Below, in pieces: positions 25,728 to 34,810 of a stretch of DNA of 35,813 nt. The stretch spans positions 1 to 35,813 of the forward strand of contig DAOUWX010000002.1 of NCBI GenBank assembly GCA_030666935.1, read 5' to 3'. A program made the position numbers and the translations under genes. Below the pieces are notes generated by a model that saw nothing but the letters and a program-made list of their open reading frames with translations, had not been told where the DNA came from and made no database searches. Origin of the DNA: Atribacterota bacterium (GTDB taxonomy: Bacteria > Atribacterota > Phoenicimicrobiia > Phoenicimicrobiales > Phoenicimicrobiaceae). The first letter of the stretch is position 1; each line of letters begins with the position of its first letter.

Positions 25728-26222
25728 ATGAAAGAATTTTTACCAATAAAATTTCTAAATTTTATCATTGTAGCTATGTTTAGCTGTATGTCTATAGCGG
25801 TTTTTATTCAGATAATTTTTCGTTATCTTTTACATCAACCTATTTATTGGTCTGAGGAATTCCCCCGATTTATTCTTATCTGGCTTACTTTTCTTGGTTC
25901 AGCTATAGCAATGAAAAATCGTTCTCACCTGAGTATATCATTATTGACTAATCGATTATCTGTAAAAAAAAGAATATCGGTTCAATTTTTCGCAAATTTA
26001 TTATCTTTATTATTTATTTCAATTTTAGTATGGGGAGGGATAATTATTACTATTTTAACTATGCCCAATCGAACAGCAGCTCTTCAAATGCCTACCGGAT
26101 TAGTTTACCTTGCAGTACCGGTAGGGGGGATAATAATGATTATCTATCTCTTGAAAAATACCATAGAGTTATTTAAAGAAAATAATAATAAAGCAAAAGG
26201 CAAGGAGGAAGAAAAATGTTAA
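25728..26222 (+). CDS. dctQ: TRAP transporter small permease (DctQ family), system 2
   Basis: 164 aa and four TM segments, with a 7-nt overlap with dctM-2. Confidence 0.85.
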   Translation: MKEFLPIKFLNFIIVAMFSCMSIAVFIQIIFRYLLHQPIYWSEEFPRFILIWLTFLGSAIAMKNRSHLSISLLTNRLSVKKRISVQFFANLLSLLFISILVWGGIIITILTMPNRTAALQMPTGLVYLAVPVGGIIMIIYLLKNTIELFKENNNKAKGKEEEKC

Positions 26223-27493
26223 TTTTAACCATAGCGCTTCTATTTTTTATTTCGATTAATATTCCCCTTGCTATATCCATTGGCTTATCTTCGCTAATAT
26301 ATATATTGCTAACCCAGACAATACCCCTTACTCTTATTGCTCAACGTATGGTAGCCGGAGTTGACTCTTTTCCTCTTTTGGCTATACCCTTTTTTCTTTT
26401 TGCGGGAAGTCTTATGGCAGAAGCAAAAATTACGCCGCGTATTATGCAGTTAGCTAATTCTTTCGTAGGAAAAATCAAAGGTGGCCTGGCAATGGTAATG
26501 GTTTCATCCTGTATGTTATTTGGGGCAATATCTGGTTCAGGGGTTGCCGATGTAGTCGCTATTGGTTCTATTCTATTACCGGCTATGAAAAAAAGTGGTT
26601 ACAAACCCGAGTTTAGCGTCTCCCTTTTAGGATGCTCCGGGGCTCTGGCCACAATAATACCTCCTAGCGTGGTTATGGTTATACTGGGAGTAACCACAGG
26701 AACATCTATTGGTAAACTCTTTTTAGGGGGGATAATTCCTGGGATTATTACTGGTTTTTCTTTAATGATTTTAGCTTATTTTTTTTCTATTAAAAGAGAA
26801 GATAAACAAGAAAAAGTTTTTTCTTTAAGGAAAATTTTATATGCGTTTAAAGATGCTTTTTTATCACTCATGATGCCCTTAATAATTATCGGAGGAATCC
26901 TTACAGGCGTTTTTACTCCAACCGAAGCTGCAATAGCAGCAGTAGCTTATGCACTTTTTCTGGGTATTTTTATTTACCGAACTATTAAGATAAAACAATT
27001 ACCGGGGATGATTCTTTCTACTGTAGAAACAAGTGCTACAATTTTATTTATTATCGCCTCTGCCTCTATTTTCGGATGGGTTCTAGCAGCAGAACAAATT
27101 CCTCAGCATTTTGCAAATGGACTCTTTTCTTTAACTAATAATTATTTTTTGGTCATTTTTCTTATTAATATAATGCTTCTTGTTTTGGGCATGTTTATGG
27201 AAACCATAGCAATAATAATCATTGTAGTTCCGGTTCTAATGCCGGTGATTACTTCTTTAGGAATGGACCCTGTTCACTTTGGGGTTATGCTTGCGGTTAA
27301 TCTAGCTATTGGCGCTAATACTCCTCCTGTAGGTGTAGATCTTTTAGCTGCCTGTCGTATAGGTGGAGTTAACCTTGAAGGAACGCTTAAATATGTCGCT
27401 TCATTTGTCGGGGTTATGGTAATTGCTTTAATTCTTATTGTTTTATTTCCCTCACTTGTGTTGTTTGTGCCTAATTATTTTATACCCGGTTAA
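26216..27493 (+). CDS. dctM: TRAP transporter large permease (DctM family), system 2
   Basis: 425-aa polytopic protein with 'GAISGSGVADVVA' and 'PPVGVDLL', paralogous to 7707-8978. Confidence 0.9.
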   Translation: MLILTIALLFFISINIPLAISIGLSSLIYILLTQTIPLTLIAQRMVAGVDSFPLLAIPFFLFAGSLMAEAKITPRIMQLANSFVGKIKGGLAMVMVSSCMLFGAISGSGVADVVAIGSILLPAMKKSGYKPEFSVSLLGCSGALATIIPPSVVMVILGVTTGTSIGKLFLGGIIPGIITGFSLMILAYFFSIKREDKQEKVFSLRKILYAFKDAFLSLMMPLIIIGGILTGVFTPTEAAIAAVAYALFLGIFIYRTIKIKQLPGMILSTVETSATILFIIASASIFGWVLAAEQIPQHFANGLFSLTNNYFLVIFLINIMLLVLGMFMETIAIIIIVVPVLMPVITSLGMDPVHFGVMLAVNLAIGANTPPVGVDLLAACRIGGVNLEGTLKYVASFVGVMVIALILIVLFPSLVLFVPNYFIPG

Positions 27494-27572
27494 ATTAAAA
27501 TAAAAGAATGTGATATAAATTATATACAATATTAATATAATAGTAAATTAGATAAGGAGAATTAAAGAAAAA

Positions 27573-28745
27573 GTGATGAAAATTAAAGATATTTTTTCTA
27601 AGAAAACAAAAGAAATATCTTATCCCAAAATTAGAGAAATATTCGATAGGGCAAGTAAGTTTCGGGATGTAATAAATTTAGGAATTGGGGACCCTGATTT
27701 CGACACTGATAGTAGAATTATTAACAGAACATTTGAATTGATAAAAGAAAAAAAATCCACCCACTATACTCCAGTTCCTGGGTATAAAGAATTACGAGAA
27801 GCCATTGCTTCAAAATATGGAGATGAAAATAAATTTGAAGTTACTTATGAAGAAGTTATTGTTACTCATGGAGCACAATATGCGTTAATGGTAACGATGC
27901 TTACTCTGCTTAATCCCGGGGATGAAATTTTAATACCCGATCCTTATTATCCAAGTTATCCCTCGCAAGCATTTTTGGCTGGGGCTGCTCCGGTTTTTAT
28001 ACCGGTATTTGAAAAAGATGGCTTTAAAGTAAAGGGTGGGAATATTGAAAAGAAGATTACTGAAAAAACTAAACTACTTATTATAAATAGCCCTAACAAC
28101 CCTACTGGAGCAGTTTTAAGAAAAGAAGAATTGGAAGAAATATCTAAAATAGCCATAAAAAATGATTTACTGGTAATTTCTGATGAGGCCTACGAGACAA
28201 TGATCTATAATAATAAAAAACATTTTTGTATTGCTAATTTTCCGGGGATGAGAGAAAGAACGATAACTATTAATAGTTTCTCTAAAAGATATGCTATGAC
28301 TGGTTGGCGGGTTGGATATGCAGTTGCCGCAAAGGAAATTATTACAAATATGATGAAGATAAGTGGATATAATTTAAGTTGTCCCTGTTCAGTTTCTCAG
28401 CAAGCTGCAATAGCCGCACTGGATAGTTCGTCAGGAATAATTGAAAAATTGAAATTTGAATATGAAAGAAGGAGAAATTTTATTGTTGCAGAGTTAAATA
28501 AAATAAAAGGAATTTCCTGCATAAAACCGGAAGGTGCTTTTTACGTTTTTGCAAACATAAAAAGGACGGGAAAATCTTCAGAAGAAATATATGATGAATT
28601 ATTAACTAAAGGAAGAGTGGTAGTTATCCCTGGTTCCGCCTTTGGTAAACAAGGGGAAGGTTATATTAGAATTGCCTATACACTTCCTATAGGTAGTTTA
28701 AGAGAAGCTATAAAGAGAATAAGAAAAGTTATCGAAAAAGAATAA
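27573..28745 (+). CDS. Class I/II PLP-dependent aminotransferase (aspartate/aromatic aminotransferase-like)
   Basis: 'INSPNNPTG', 'SDEAYE' and 'SFSKRYAMTGWRVGY' (PLP-Lys motif); 390 aa. Confidence 0.88.
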   Translation: MMKIKDIFSKKTKEISYPKIREIFDRASKFRDVINLGIGDPDFDTDSRIINRTFELIKEKKSTHYTPVPGYKELREAIASKYGDENKFEVTYEEVIVTHGAQYALMVTMLTLLNPGDEILIPDPYYPSYPSQAFLAGAAPVFIPVFEKDGFKVKGGNIEKKITEKTKLLIINSPNNPTGAVLRKEELEEISKIAIKNDLLVISDEAYETMIYNNKKHFCIANFPGMRERTITINSFSKRYAMTGWRVGYAVAAKEIITNMMKISGYNLSCPCSVSQQAAIAALDSSSGIIEKLKFEYERRRNFIVAELNKIKGISCIKPEGAFYVFANIKRTGKSSEEIYDELLTKGRVVVIPGSAFGKQGEGYIRIAYTLPIGSLREAIKRIRKVIEKE

Positions 28746-28934
28746 AGTTATAGTTATTTTTAAGATAACTGTAAATATTATTTGAAATTAGTAAAATAAT
28801 TATGGTACAGAAAGGAGAAATTTATAATAGGTAAAAAAGATTATTATATAAAGTCAGTTATTAAATCCTTAAATATCTTAAATTTATTTTCTGAATCAAG
28901 ATGTGAATTATCCATATCTGAAATAAGCAAAGCA

Positions 28935-29591
28935 TTGGATTTAGGTATTAGCACAACTTACCGATTGCTTGGTACATTAAGATATAAAAATTATATTGAA
29001 CAGAATCCTCTAAATTTAAAATATAAATTAGGTTATGAATTTCTAAATAAAGCTTTTTTAGTTTCTAACGATGAAGCAAATATTGTAAAAAAATCGATGC
29101 CCTATTTAGAAAAATTACGTGATTTTACCAAAGAAAGTATTAGCTTAGCAGTTTTAAATGGCAGAGATATAGTTTATATCGCTAAAGCAGATAGTTATGA
29201 AGTTTTAAGAACGAATATTGAAATAGGTAAAAAATTTCCTGCTTATAAAACCGCATTAGGAAAAATATTATTAGCATACCTTTCCCCAGAGCAATTTAAT
29301 CGCCTATTTGATAAAGATAAACTTCTTATTAGCGATCCCTGTTTTAACTTAAACATTTCTGAGTTTAAACAATATTTGGAAAAGGCAAAAGAAGAAGGAA
29401 TTACTTTTGATGATGAAGAAGCTACTCCCGGGATAAGATGCATAGCTGCACCTATAGTAGATGCAACTGGTGAAGTATCGACAGCGATAAGTATTAGTGG
29501 CCCTACAATACGTTTTACTTTAGAGAAAATAGATTTATGCAAGAGAGAACTCGTTAAAGTTGCCAAAGGAATATCTTTTAAAAGTGTATAG
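28935..29591 (+). CDS. IclR-family transcriptional regulator; the frame is open from 28800 and already encodes the wHTH, but has no canonical start upstream of TTG 28935
   Basis: 'GKILLAYL' and 'PGIRCIAAPIVDATGEVSTAISISGP' are IclR effector-domain motifs. The upstream in-frame translation '..GKKDYYIKSVIKSLNILNLFSESRCELSISEISKAL' is the missing N-terminal half of the wHTH. Confidence 0.75.
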   Translation: MDLGISTTYRLLGTLRYKNYIEQNPLNLKYKLGYEFLNKAFLVSNDEANIVKKSMPYLEKLRDFTKESISLAVLNGRDIVYIAKADSYEVLRTNIEIGKKFPAYKTALGKILLAYLSPEQFNRLFDKDKLLISDPCFNLNISEFKQYLEKAKEEGITFDDEEATPGIRCIAAPIVDATGEVSTAISISGPTIRFTLEKIDLCKRELVKVAKGISFKSV

Positions 29592-29742
29592 AAAAAGCAT
29601 GTAGAAGAATTATCTTCTTATCCCCCCCCTGATAAGTATTCCCAATATCAATTTTTTAAAGAGAATCCATCAAGTAACTACATCCCTCAAATCATCTGCT
29701 TGAGTCATTATTTATTTTGTAAAGAGTGAGTCTACCTGTCTA

Positions 29743-29808
29743 TTTAAAAAATTAATAAATATTTTAAAAAAAAGAAGGATTTTTCAAACACCGTGTGGTA
29801 TATTAAAA
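29743..29808 (+). promoter_or_regulatory. Promoter-like box, copy 3 (core AAGAAGGATTTTT at 29772-29784), ~85 nt upstream of the second GntR gene
   Basis: TTTAAAAAATTAATAAATATTTTAAAAAAAAGAAGGATTTTTCAAACACCGTGTGGTATATTAAAA aligns with copies 1 and 2. Confidence 0.35.
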
Positions 29809-29816
29809 ATAGTAAA

Positions 29817-29837
29817 TTGGGTCACCCAGTAACCCAA
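29817..29837. promoter_or_regulatory. Inverted repeat TTGGGTCAC-CCA-GTAACCCAA (8/9 arm match); candidate GntR autoregulatory operator
   Basis: Read from the sequence. Contains the GT-Nx-AC cores typical of GntR/FadR operators. Sits between the putative -10 (TATATT) and the GntR start codon at 29861. Confidence 0.45.
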
Positions 29838-29860
29838 TCACATAATAAAAAGAGGCAAGT

Positions 29861-30553
29861 ATGGAATTTAAAAAAATTATTCCTATCCGTTTATATGAGA
29901 ATGCAATAGAACAAATTATGGATTTAGTCAAAAGAAGCGAACTGAAGCCCGGGGATAAACTTCCACCGGAGAGAGAATTGGCTAAAAAATTGTCTATCAG
30001 TAGAAATTCCTTACGGGAGGCTTTCCGAGTTTTAGAATCAAGAGGCTTAATTAAAAGCAAACCCGGCGGAGGAAGATATATTCGAGAGATAAGAAAGAAT
30101 GGCCATAACAATACAGAAAATATTATCTTAGGTTTAGAAAAATCTTCTATTTTAGAACTTTTAGAAGCAAGAGAAATGTTTGAGGTAAAAATTGCTAAAA
30201 TTGCTGCCCAGAGAGCCACTGCTGAAGATACAGAATTAATTGAACGGGCTCTAAATAAAATGAACGAGGAAGAAGAGCTAAAATATGGTAAAGAAACAGA
30301 ATCAGATACCGAATTTCATTTGGCTATTGCGGGTGCGTCTCATAATTTCGTCTTTGTTAATATAATAAAATTACACTTGGATCTGCTAAAAGAAACTCGG
30401 GGTAAGACCTGGAAAATACCGGGAAGACGAGAAAAACAATATCAAGAACATCAGTCAATATTACAGGCTATTAAAGAACACAATAGCAAAAAAGCCGGAG
30501 AGGCTATGCTGAAACATTTGGGAAATGTAAGAAAAGTTTTACTGAAGACATAA
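29861..30553 (+). CDS. GntR-family transcriptional regulator (FadR/FCD subfamily)
   Basis: 'LPPERELAKKLSISRNSLREAFRVLESRGLIKSKPGGGRYI' wHTH, and a helical C-terminal domain with 'FHLAIA' and 'EHQSILQAI'. Confidence 0.9.
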   Translation: MEFKKIIPIRLYENAIEQIMDLVKRSELKPGDKLPPERELAKKLSISRNSLREAFRVLESRGLIKSKPGGGRYIREIRKNGHNNTENIILGLEKSSILELLEAREMFEVKIAKIAAQRATAEDTELIERALNKMNEEEELKYGKETESDTEFHLAIAGASHNFVFVNIIKLHLDLLKETRGKTWKIPGRREKQYQEHQSILQAIKEHNSKKAGEAMLKHLGNVRKVLLKT

Positions 30554-30648
30554 AATAAAACCGAAAATCGTATTAAGAATTAAAAAAAGCAGAACAAAAA
30601 TTGGAATATTTAAAGAATATTATTTAGTAAAAGTGAGGAGATTATACT

Positions 30649-32007
30649 ATGAAAGAAATGAGAGTTTTATCACCCGTAGGTATGTTGGGATATGGTTTCC
30701 CAGCAGAATCTTTTCAGAAAGGTTTAGAAAAGAAACCCCATGTTATAGCTGCCGATGCTGGTTCTACTGATGCCGGTCCCCATAAATTAGGAGCAGGTGT
30801 GGGCATTGTAAGCAAAGAAGCAACTAAAAAAGATCTTACTTTAATGTTAACAGCAGGATGTAAAAATAAAATACCGGTTATTATTGGTTCTGCCGGAGGT
30901 TCCGGAGCAGAAGTACATCTTAATTGGACCTCAGAAATAGTAAAAGAAATTGCAAAAGAGCAAAACCTACACTTTAAGATGGCTTTAATTCATGCAGAAG
31001 TTGAAAAAGATTATCTTAAAAAGAAGTTAACCGAAGAGAAAATAAAACCTTTAGGCCCTGTTCCCGAATTAACTTCTAAAGATATAGAAGAAGCTACTCG
31101 AATTGTAGCGGTAATGGGCACACACTCTCATATAAAAGCCTTGGAGATGGGGGCAGAGGTTATTATTGCCGGTCGTTCCAACGACCCGGCTATGTTTGCC
31201 GCTCTTCCCATTAAGGAAGGATATGATCCCGGACTGGCTCTACATATGGGAAAGATTTTAGAATGTGGGGCTATGGCTTCTACCCCGGGGACTACCTCTG
31301 ATTGTATGATGGCATATTTAAGAGAGGATTATTTTATAGTAGAACCGACTAATGCCCTGCGAAAATGTATCCCCAGCACAGTAGCTGCCCATACTCTTTA
31401 TGAAAAATCAAGCCCACTTCATATTATTGGCCCGGAAGGAGTGGTTGACGTTACCGGATGTAAATTTGAGCAATATAGCGAAAGGGCAGTAAAGGTATCG
31501 GGCTCCAAACTGAAGAAGAGCGAAACCATTAATATAAAATTAGAAGGGGCAAGTAAAGTGGCTTATCGGACTATATGTATTGCCGGCTTGAGAGACCCAA
31601 TTATGATTAAACAGATTGATGAATGTGAAAAACATGTTCGTGACACTGTGCTTACTTACTTTAACAATATTTCTCCGGAAGATTACAGCTTAATCTTTCA
31701 TGTTTACGGGAGGAACGGAGTTATGGGAGAATTAGAGCCTCGAAAAGAGATTACCTCTCATGAACTTTGTCTGATCTTGGAAGTCGTAGCCAAAGACCAG
31801 GAGCTGGCTAATACTATTTGTGCTTTTGCTCGTTCTACTTTAATGCATTATTCTTACAAGGGGCGCGTTGCTACTGCCGGTAATTTAGCTTTTCCTTATG
31901 CTCCTTCAGATATACCTACCGGAGCGGTGTATAAATTTAATATTCATCATTTAGTAGAAATCGATGACCCCGACGAACTTTTTTCCATAGAAATGGTAGA
32001 AGTTTAA
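30649..32007 (+). CDS. AtuA-like / DUF1446-family protein (function unknown)
   Basis: 452 aa. The size, the N-terminal 'RVLSPVGMLGYGF....VIAADAGSTDAGP' layout and, mainly, the immediately following DUF4387-type small partner fit the DUF1446 + DUF4387 gene pair as I recall it. Needs HMM confirmation. Confidence 0.55.
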   Translation: MKEMRVLSPVGMLGYGFPAESFQKGLEKKPHVIAADAGSTDAGPHKLGAGVGIVSKEATKKDLTLMLTAGCKNKIPVIIGSAGGSGAEVHLNWTSEIVKEIAKEQNLHFKMALIHAEVEKDYLKKKLTEEKIKPLGPVPELTSKDIEEATRIVAVMGTHSHIKALEMGAEVIIAGRSNDPAMFAALPIKEGYDPGLALHMGKILECGAMASTPGTTSDCMMAYLREDYFIVEPTNALRKCIPSTVAAHTLYEKSSPLHIIGPEGVVDVTGCKFEQYSERAVKVSGSKLKKSETINIKLEGASKVAYRTICIAGLRDPIMIKQIDECEKHVRDTVLTYFNNISPEDYSLIFHVYGRNGVMGELEPRKEITSHELCLILEVVAKDQELANTICAFARSTLMHYSYKGRVATAGNLAFPYAPSDIPTGAVYKFNIHHLVEIDDPDELFSIEMVEV

Positions 32008-32040
32008 AATAATAAGGAATTTAAAAAGGAGAATATATAA

Positions 32041-32370
32041 ATGACTAAAGAAGTTTCTATTATAGATTTAGTAAAAGTAATTAGAAGTAAAAATGCCGGT
32101 CCTTTTGAGGTGACCTTTGATATAATTTTTAAAGATAAGGAAACTTACGAAAAAGTTAAGAAAACCAAAGTAATTACCAAAGAACTTATTGCAAAACTCT
32201 ACCATGTTCCCATTGAAAAAGTTCTTTATTTTGTGGAATTTGATCCTGCTAATGCTATAAAGGCAACTATTGTAAGACCGGTGGATTCGGGGAGTATCGG
32301 GGAGACCGATGTCTATGGTGCTCAACAACATGCGCCACTTTTAGAGATCAAAATACCTTTCGAGGAATAA
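32041..32370 (+). CDS. DUF4387-family small protein (partner of AtuA-like proteins; function unknown)
   Basis: 109 aa. 'IRSKNAGPFEVTFDIIF', 'AIKATI.RP' and 'GETDVYGAQQHAPLL' resemble the conserved blocks of DUF4387 as I recall them. Confidence 0.6.
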   Translation: MTKEVSIIDLVKVIRSKNAGPFEVTFDIIFKDKETYEKVKKTKVITKELIAKLYHVPIEKVLYFVEFDPANAIKATIVRPVDSGSIGETDVYGAQQHAPLLEIKIPFEE

Positions 32371-32380
32371 GGAGGAAAAA

Positions 32381-32911
32381 ATGAGAGAAGATATATTAAA
32401 ATTTATTCCGGAATTTAATTTAATCAAAGATTTAGATTTGAAGGAAAAGGTTTTAAAAGTTTGGGAGATTGCTCTTGTTGCCGGAGGATGGGAAGTGAGT
32501 GACCTGCAAAGAATGCCCTTTACTTTATTAATTGAATCTTGTCCGTGTAATATGATTGAACATATCAGGGGAGTAGTAAATGTTTCTGTGAATGCTACGG
32601 AGGCTCTTCAAAGTATCTATGAAGATAAAGTGAAAATAAATGAGGATTACCTTGTTGCCGGGGCATTACTTCACGATATTGGAAAATTAGTAGAATATAA
32701 AGAGGAGAATGGAAAATTTATTCAGAGCAATTTAGGGAAGTTAGTTCGTCACCCCATATCAGGAGTGGGTCTTTGTTACAGTCAGGAAATTCCGGAAGAA
32801 GTAATGCATATTATTGCCTCCCATTCCTGGGAGGGAGATCGTTCAAAGCGAACTCCGGAAGCCATTATTGTCCATCATGCTGATTTTACCAACTTCGAAC
32901 AATTTAAATAA
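32381..32911 (+). CDS. HD-domain (HDIG-type) metal-dependent phosphohydrolase
   Basis: 'LLHDIGK', an upstream 'EHIRGV' His and downstream 'HH.D' residues; 176 aa. Starts 10 nt after the DUF4387 stop. Confidence 0.75.
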   Translation: MREDILKFIPEFNLIKDLDLKEKVLKVWEIALVAGGWEVSDLQRMPFTLLIESCPCNMIEHIRGVVNVSVNATEALQSIYEDKVKINEDYLVAGALLHDIGKLVEYKEENGKFIQSNLGKLVRHPISGVGLCYSQEIPEEVMHIIASHSWEGDRSKRTPEAIIVHHADFTNFEQFK

Positions 32912-32924
32912 AAATAAATGATTA

Positions 32925-33031
32925 TACAGATTAAAAACACAGATTACACAGATAAATAAGCAGAAATAATTATATAAATTAAGAGAATATTATAATTAAT
33001 CAGTGTAATCTATTGTAATCAGTGTAATCAC
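32925..33031. promoter_or_regulatory. Opposed heptamer arrays: ACAGAT(TA) x3 (32926, 32939, 32948) and TGTAATC x3 (33004, 33014, 33023; ~10-bp phasing), ending 17 nt before the dehydratase start codon
   Basis: Read from the sequence. The 13-mer AATCAGTGTAATC occurs twice (32998-33010, 33017-33029). Left-arm ACAGATTACAC is nearly complementary to right-arm GTGTAATCTAT. Confidence 0.45.
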
Positions 33032-33048
33032 TTCAAGGAGGCTATAAA

Positions 33049-34308
33049 ATGGGAAAGACTTTTGCAGAGAAGATATTAGCCCTTAAATCGGGTAAAGAAA
33101 GTGTAGTTACCGGAGAAATTGTGACTGTTTCTCCGGATATAGTAATGTCTCACGATAATACTGCCGCTATAGCAAAAAAATTCAAACAAATTGGAATTAA
33201 TAAAGTAAAAAATCCGGAGAAGATAATAATTCCCCTGGATCATTGTGTTCCTGCAGCAACAGAAAAATATGCTACCAATCATAAAGAGATAAGAGAATTT
33301 ATCCGGGAACAGAAAATTGAGAATTTTTATGATATTAATATCGGAGTCTGTCATCAGGTTCTTCCGGAAAAAGGACACATCATCCCCGGGACTATGATTT
33401 TAGGAGCAGATTCCCATACTACAACCCATGGAGCATTTGGTGCTTTTTCAACCGGGATTGGTAGAAGTGAAGTAGCTTCTATCTGGGCTACAGATGAAAT
33501 CTGGCTCAGAGTGCCGGAGACCATCAAGGTAAATATTGAAGGGGAAATTCCTCTCGGAATATATCCCAAGGACATAATCCTCCACATTGTTGGGGATTTA
33601 GGTGCGGATGGAGCACTGTATAAAGCGGTGGAATTTAGCGGGAAAGTAATTAGGGAAATGAGTATTGGCGGTAGGATGACCTTATGTAATATGGCAGTGG
33701 AAATGGGAGCTAAGATTGGCTATGTAGAACCGGATGAAAAAACTATTCAGTGGCTTGCTCCGATGACTAATAAAAAATACGAAATAATAAAGTCAGATGC
33801 TGATGCTGAGTTTGAAAAGATTTTAGATTACGATATAAGTGATTTAGAACCTCAAATTGCCTGCCCTCACACCGTAGACAATGTAAAACCTGTTTCGAAA
33901 GTGGTAGGGACCAGAATTGACCAGGCATTAATTGGGACTTGTACTAATGGGAGATTGGAAGATTTAAAAGTTACCAGCGAGATTCTTCGTGGTAAAAAGA
34001 TTTATAACAGAGTTAGACTTTTAGTCTTTCCTGCCTCGATGGAGGTTTTTGCCCAGGCGATGGGATTAGGAATCCTTCAAGAATTGGTTAAAAGTGGGGC
34101 AGTAATCATGAATCCAGGATGCGGTCCTTGTTTGGGAGCTCACGAAGGAGCCTTAGCTCCGGGAGAGGTTTGTTTGAGTACTGCTAATAGAAATTTCAAG
34201 GGAAGAATGGGGTGTAAAGAGGCAGAAGTTTATTTAGCCAGTCCGGCAACCGTTGCTATCTCTTCCCTTTATGGTGAAATTACTGATATAAGGGGGGATT
34301 TAAAATGA
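33049..34308 (+). CDS. leuC: Aconitase-family dehydratase large subunit (3-isopropylmalate / homoaconitate / citramalate isomerase type, archaeal-type LeuC/HacA)
   Basis: 419 aa. 'MSHDNT', 'GADSHTTTHGAFGAF', and Fe-S ligand contexts 'GTCTNGRLEDL', 'NPGCGPCLGAHEG' and 'STANRNFKGRMG'. The physiological substrate is not deducible. Confidence 0.85.
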   Translation: MGKTFAEKILALKSGKESVVTGEIVTVSPDIVMSHDNTAAIAKKFKQIGINKVKNPEKIIIPLDHCVPAATEKYATNHKEIREFIREQKIENFYDINIGVCHQVLPEKGHIIPGTMILGADSHTTTHGAFGAFSTGIGRSEVASIWATDEIWLRVPETIKVNIEGEIPLGIYPKDIILHIVGDLGADGALYKAVEFSGKVIREMSIGGRMTLCNMAVEMGAKIGYVEPDEKTIQWLAPMTNKKYEIIKSDADAEFEKILDYDISDLEPQIACPHTVDNVKPVSKVVGTRIDQALIGTCTNGRLEDLKVTSEILRGKKIYNRVRLLVFPASMEVFAQAMGLGILQELVKSGAVIMNPGCGPCLGAHEGALAPGEVCLSTANRNFKGRMGCKEAEVYLASPATVAISSLYGEITDIRGDLK

Positions 34309-34808
34309 GTATTAAAGGGAAAGTGTGGAAATATGGTGATGATGTAAATACCGATGTTATCTTTCCGGGGAAATATACTTATACTATAACTGACCCCAAA
34401 GAGATGGCAATTTATGCCCTGGAAGATATTGATCCGAAATTTGCCAAAGAAGTTAAAAAGGAAGATATTATTGTCGCGGGAAGGAATTTTGGCTGTGGTA
34501 GTTCTCGAGAACAAGCCGCAACCTGTTTAAAATATGCTGGTGTAGGGGCAATTATTGCTAAATCATTTTCTAGAATATTTTTCCGAAATGCTATTAACCA
34601 GGGACTTCCTTTGGTTCAATGCAAAGAAGCAGTGGAGAATATATCTTCAGGTGAATTAATTGAAATTAATTTTGAAAAAGGAAAATTATCGTGTAAGAAG
34701 GGAGTTTTTGATTTTCTTCCTTTACCGGAATCGGTATTAGGAATTCTTAAAGATGGGGGACTTATTCCTCATATTAAGAAAATATTGAAAATAGAGAAGG
34801 GAGAATAA
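34305..34808 (+). CDS. leuD: Aconitase-family dehydratase small subunit (LeuD/HacB type)
   Basis: 167 aa with '[20 protein letters not shown]' and '[13 protein letters not shown]'. ATGA overlap with the large subunit. Confidence 0.85.
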   Translation: MSIKGKVWKYGDDVNTDVIFPGKYTYTITDPKEMAIYALEDIDPKFAKEVKKEDIIVAGRNFGCGSSREQAATCLKYAGVGAIIAKSFSRIFFRNAINQGLPLVQCKEAVENISSGELIEINFEKGKLSCKKGVFDFLPLPESVLGILKDGGLIPHIKKILKIEKGE

Positions 34809-34810
34809 AA

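Noticed and set aside
32912-33048. T-box, leucine leader peptide or CRISPR-like array in front of the LeuC-type gene.
   Set aside because: The region is only 137 nt. It has no specifier/T-box sequence, no Leu-rich mini-ORF, and only 7-13-nt repeats without spacers of CRISPR size. It is kept as an operator/UTR candidate instead.
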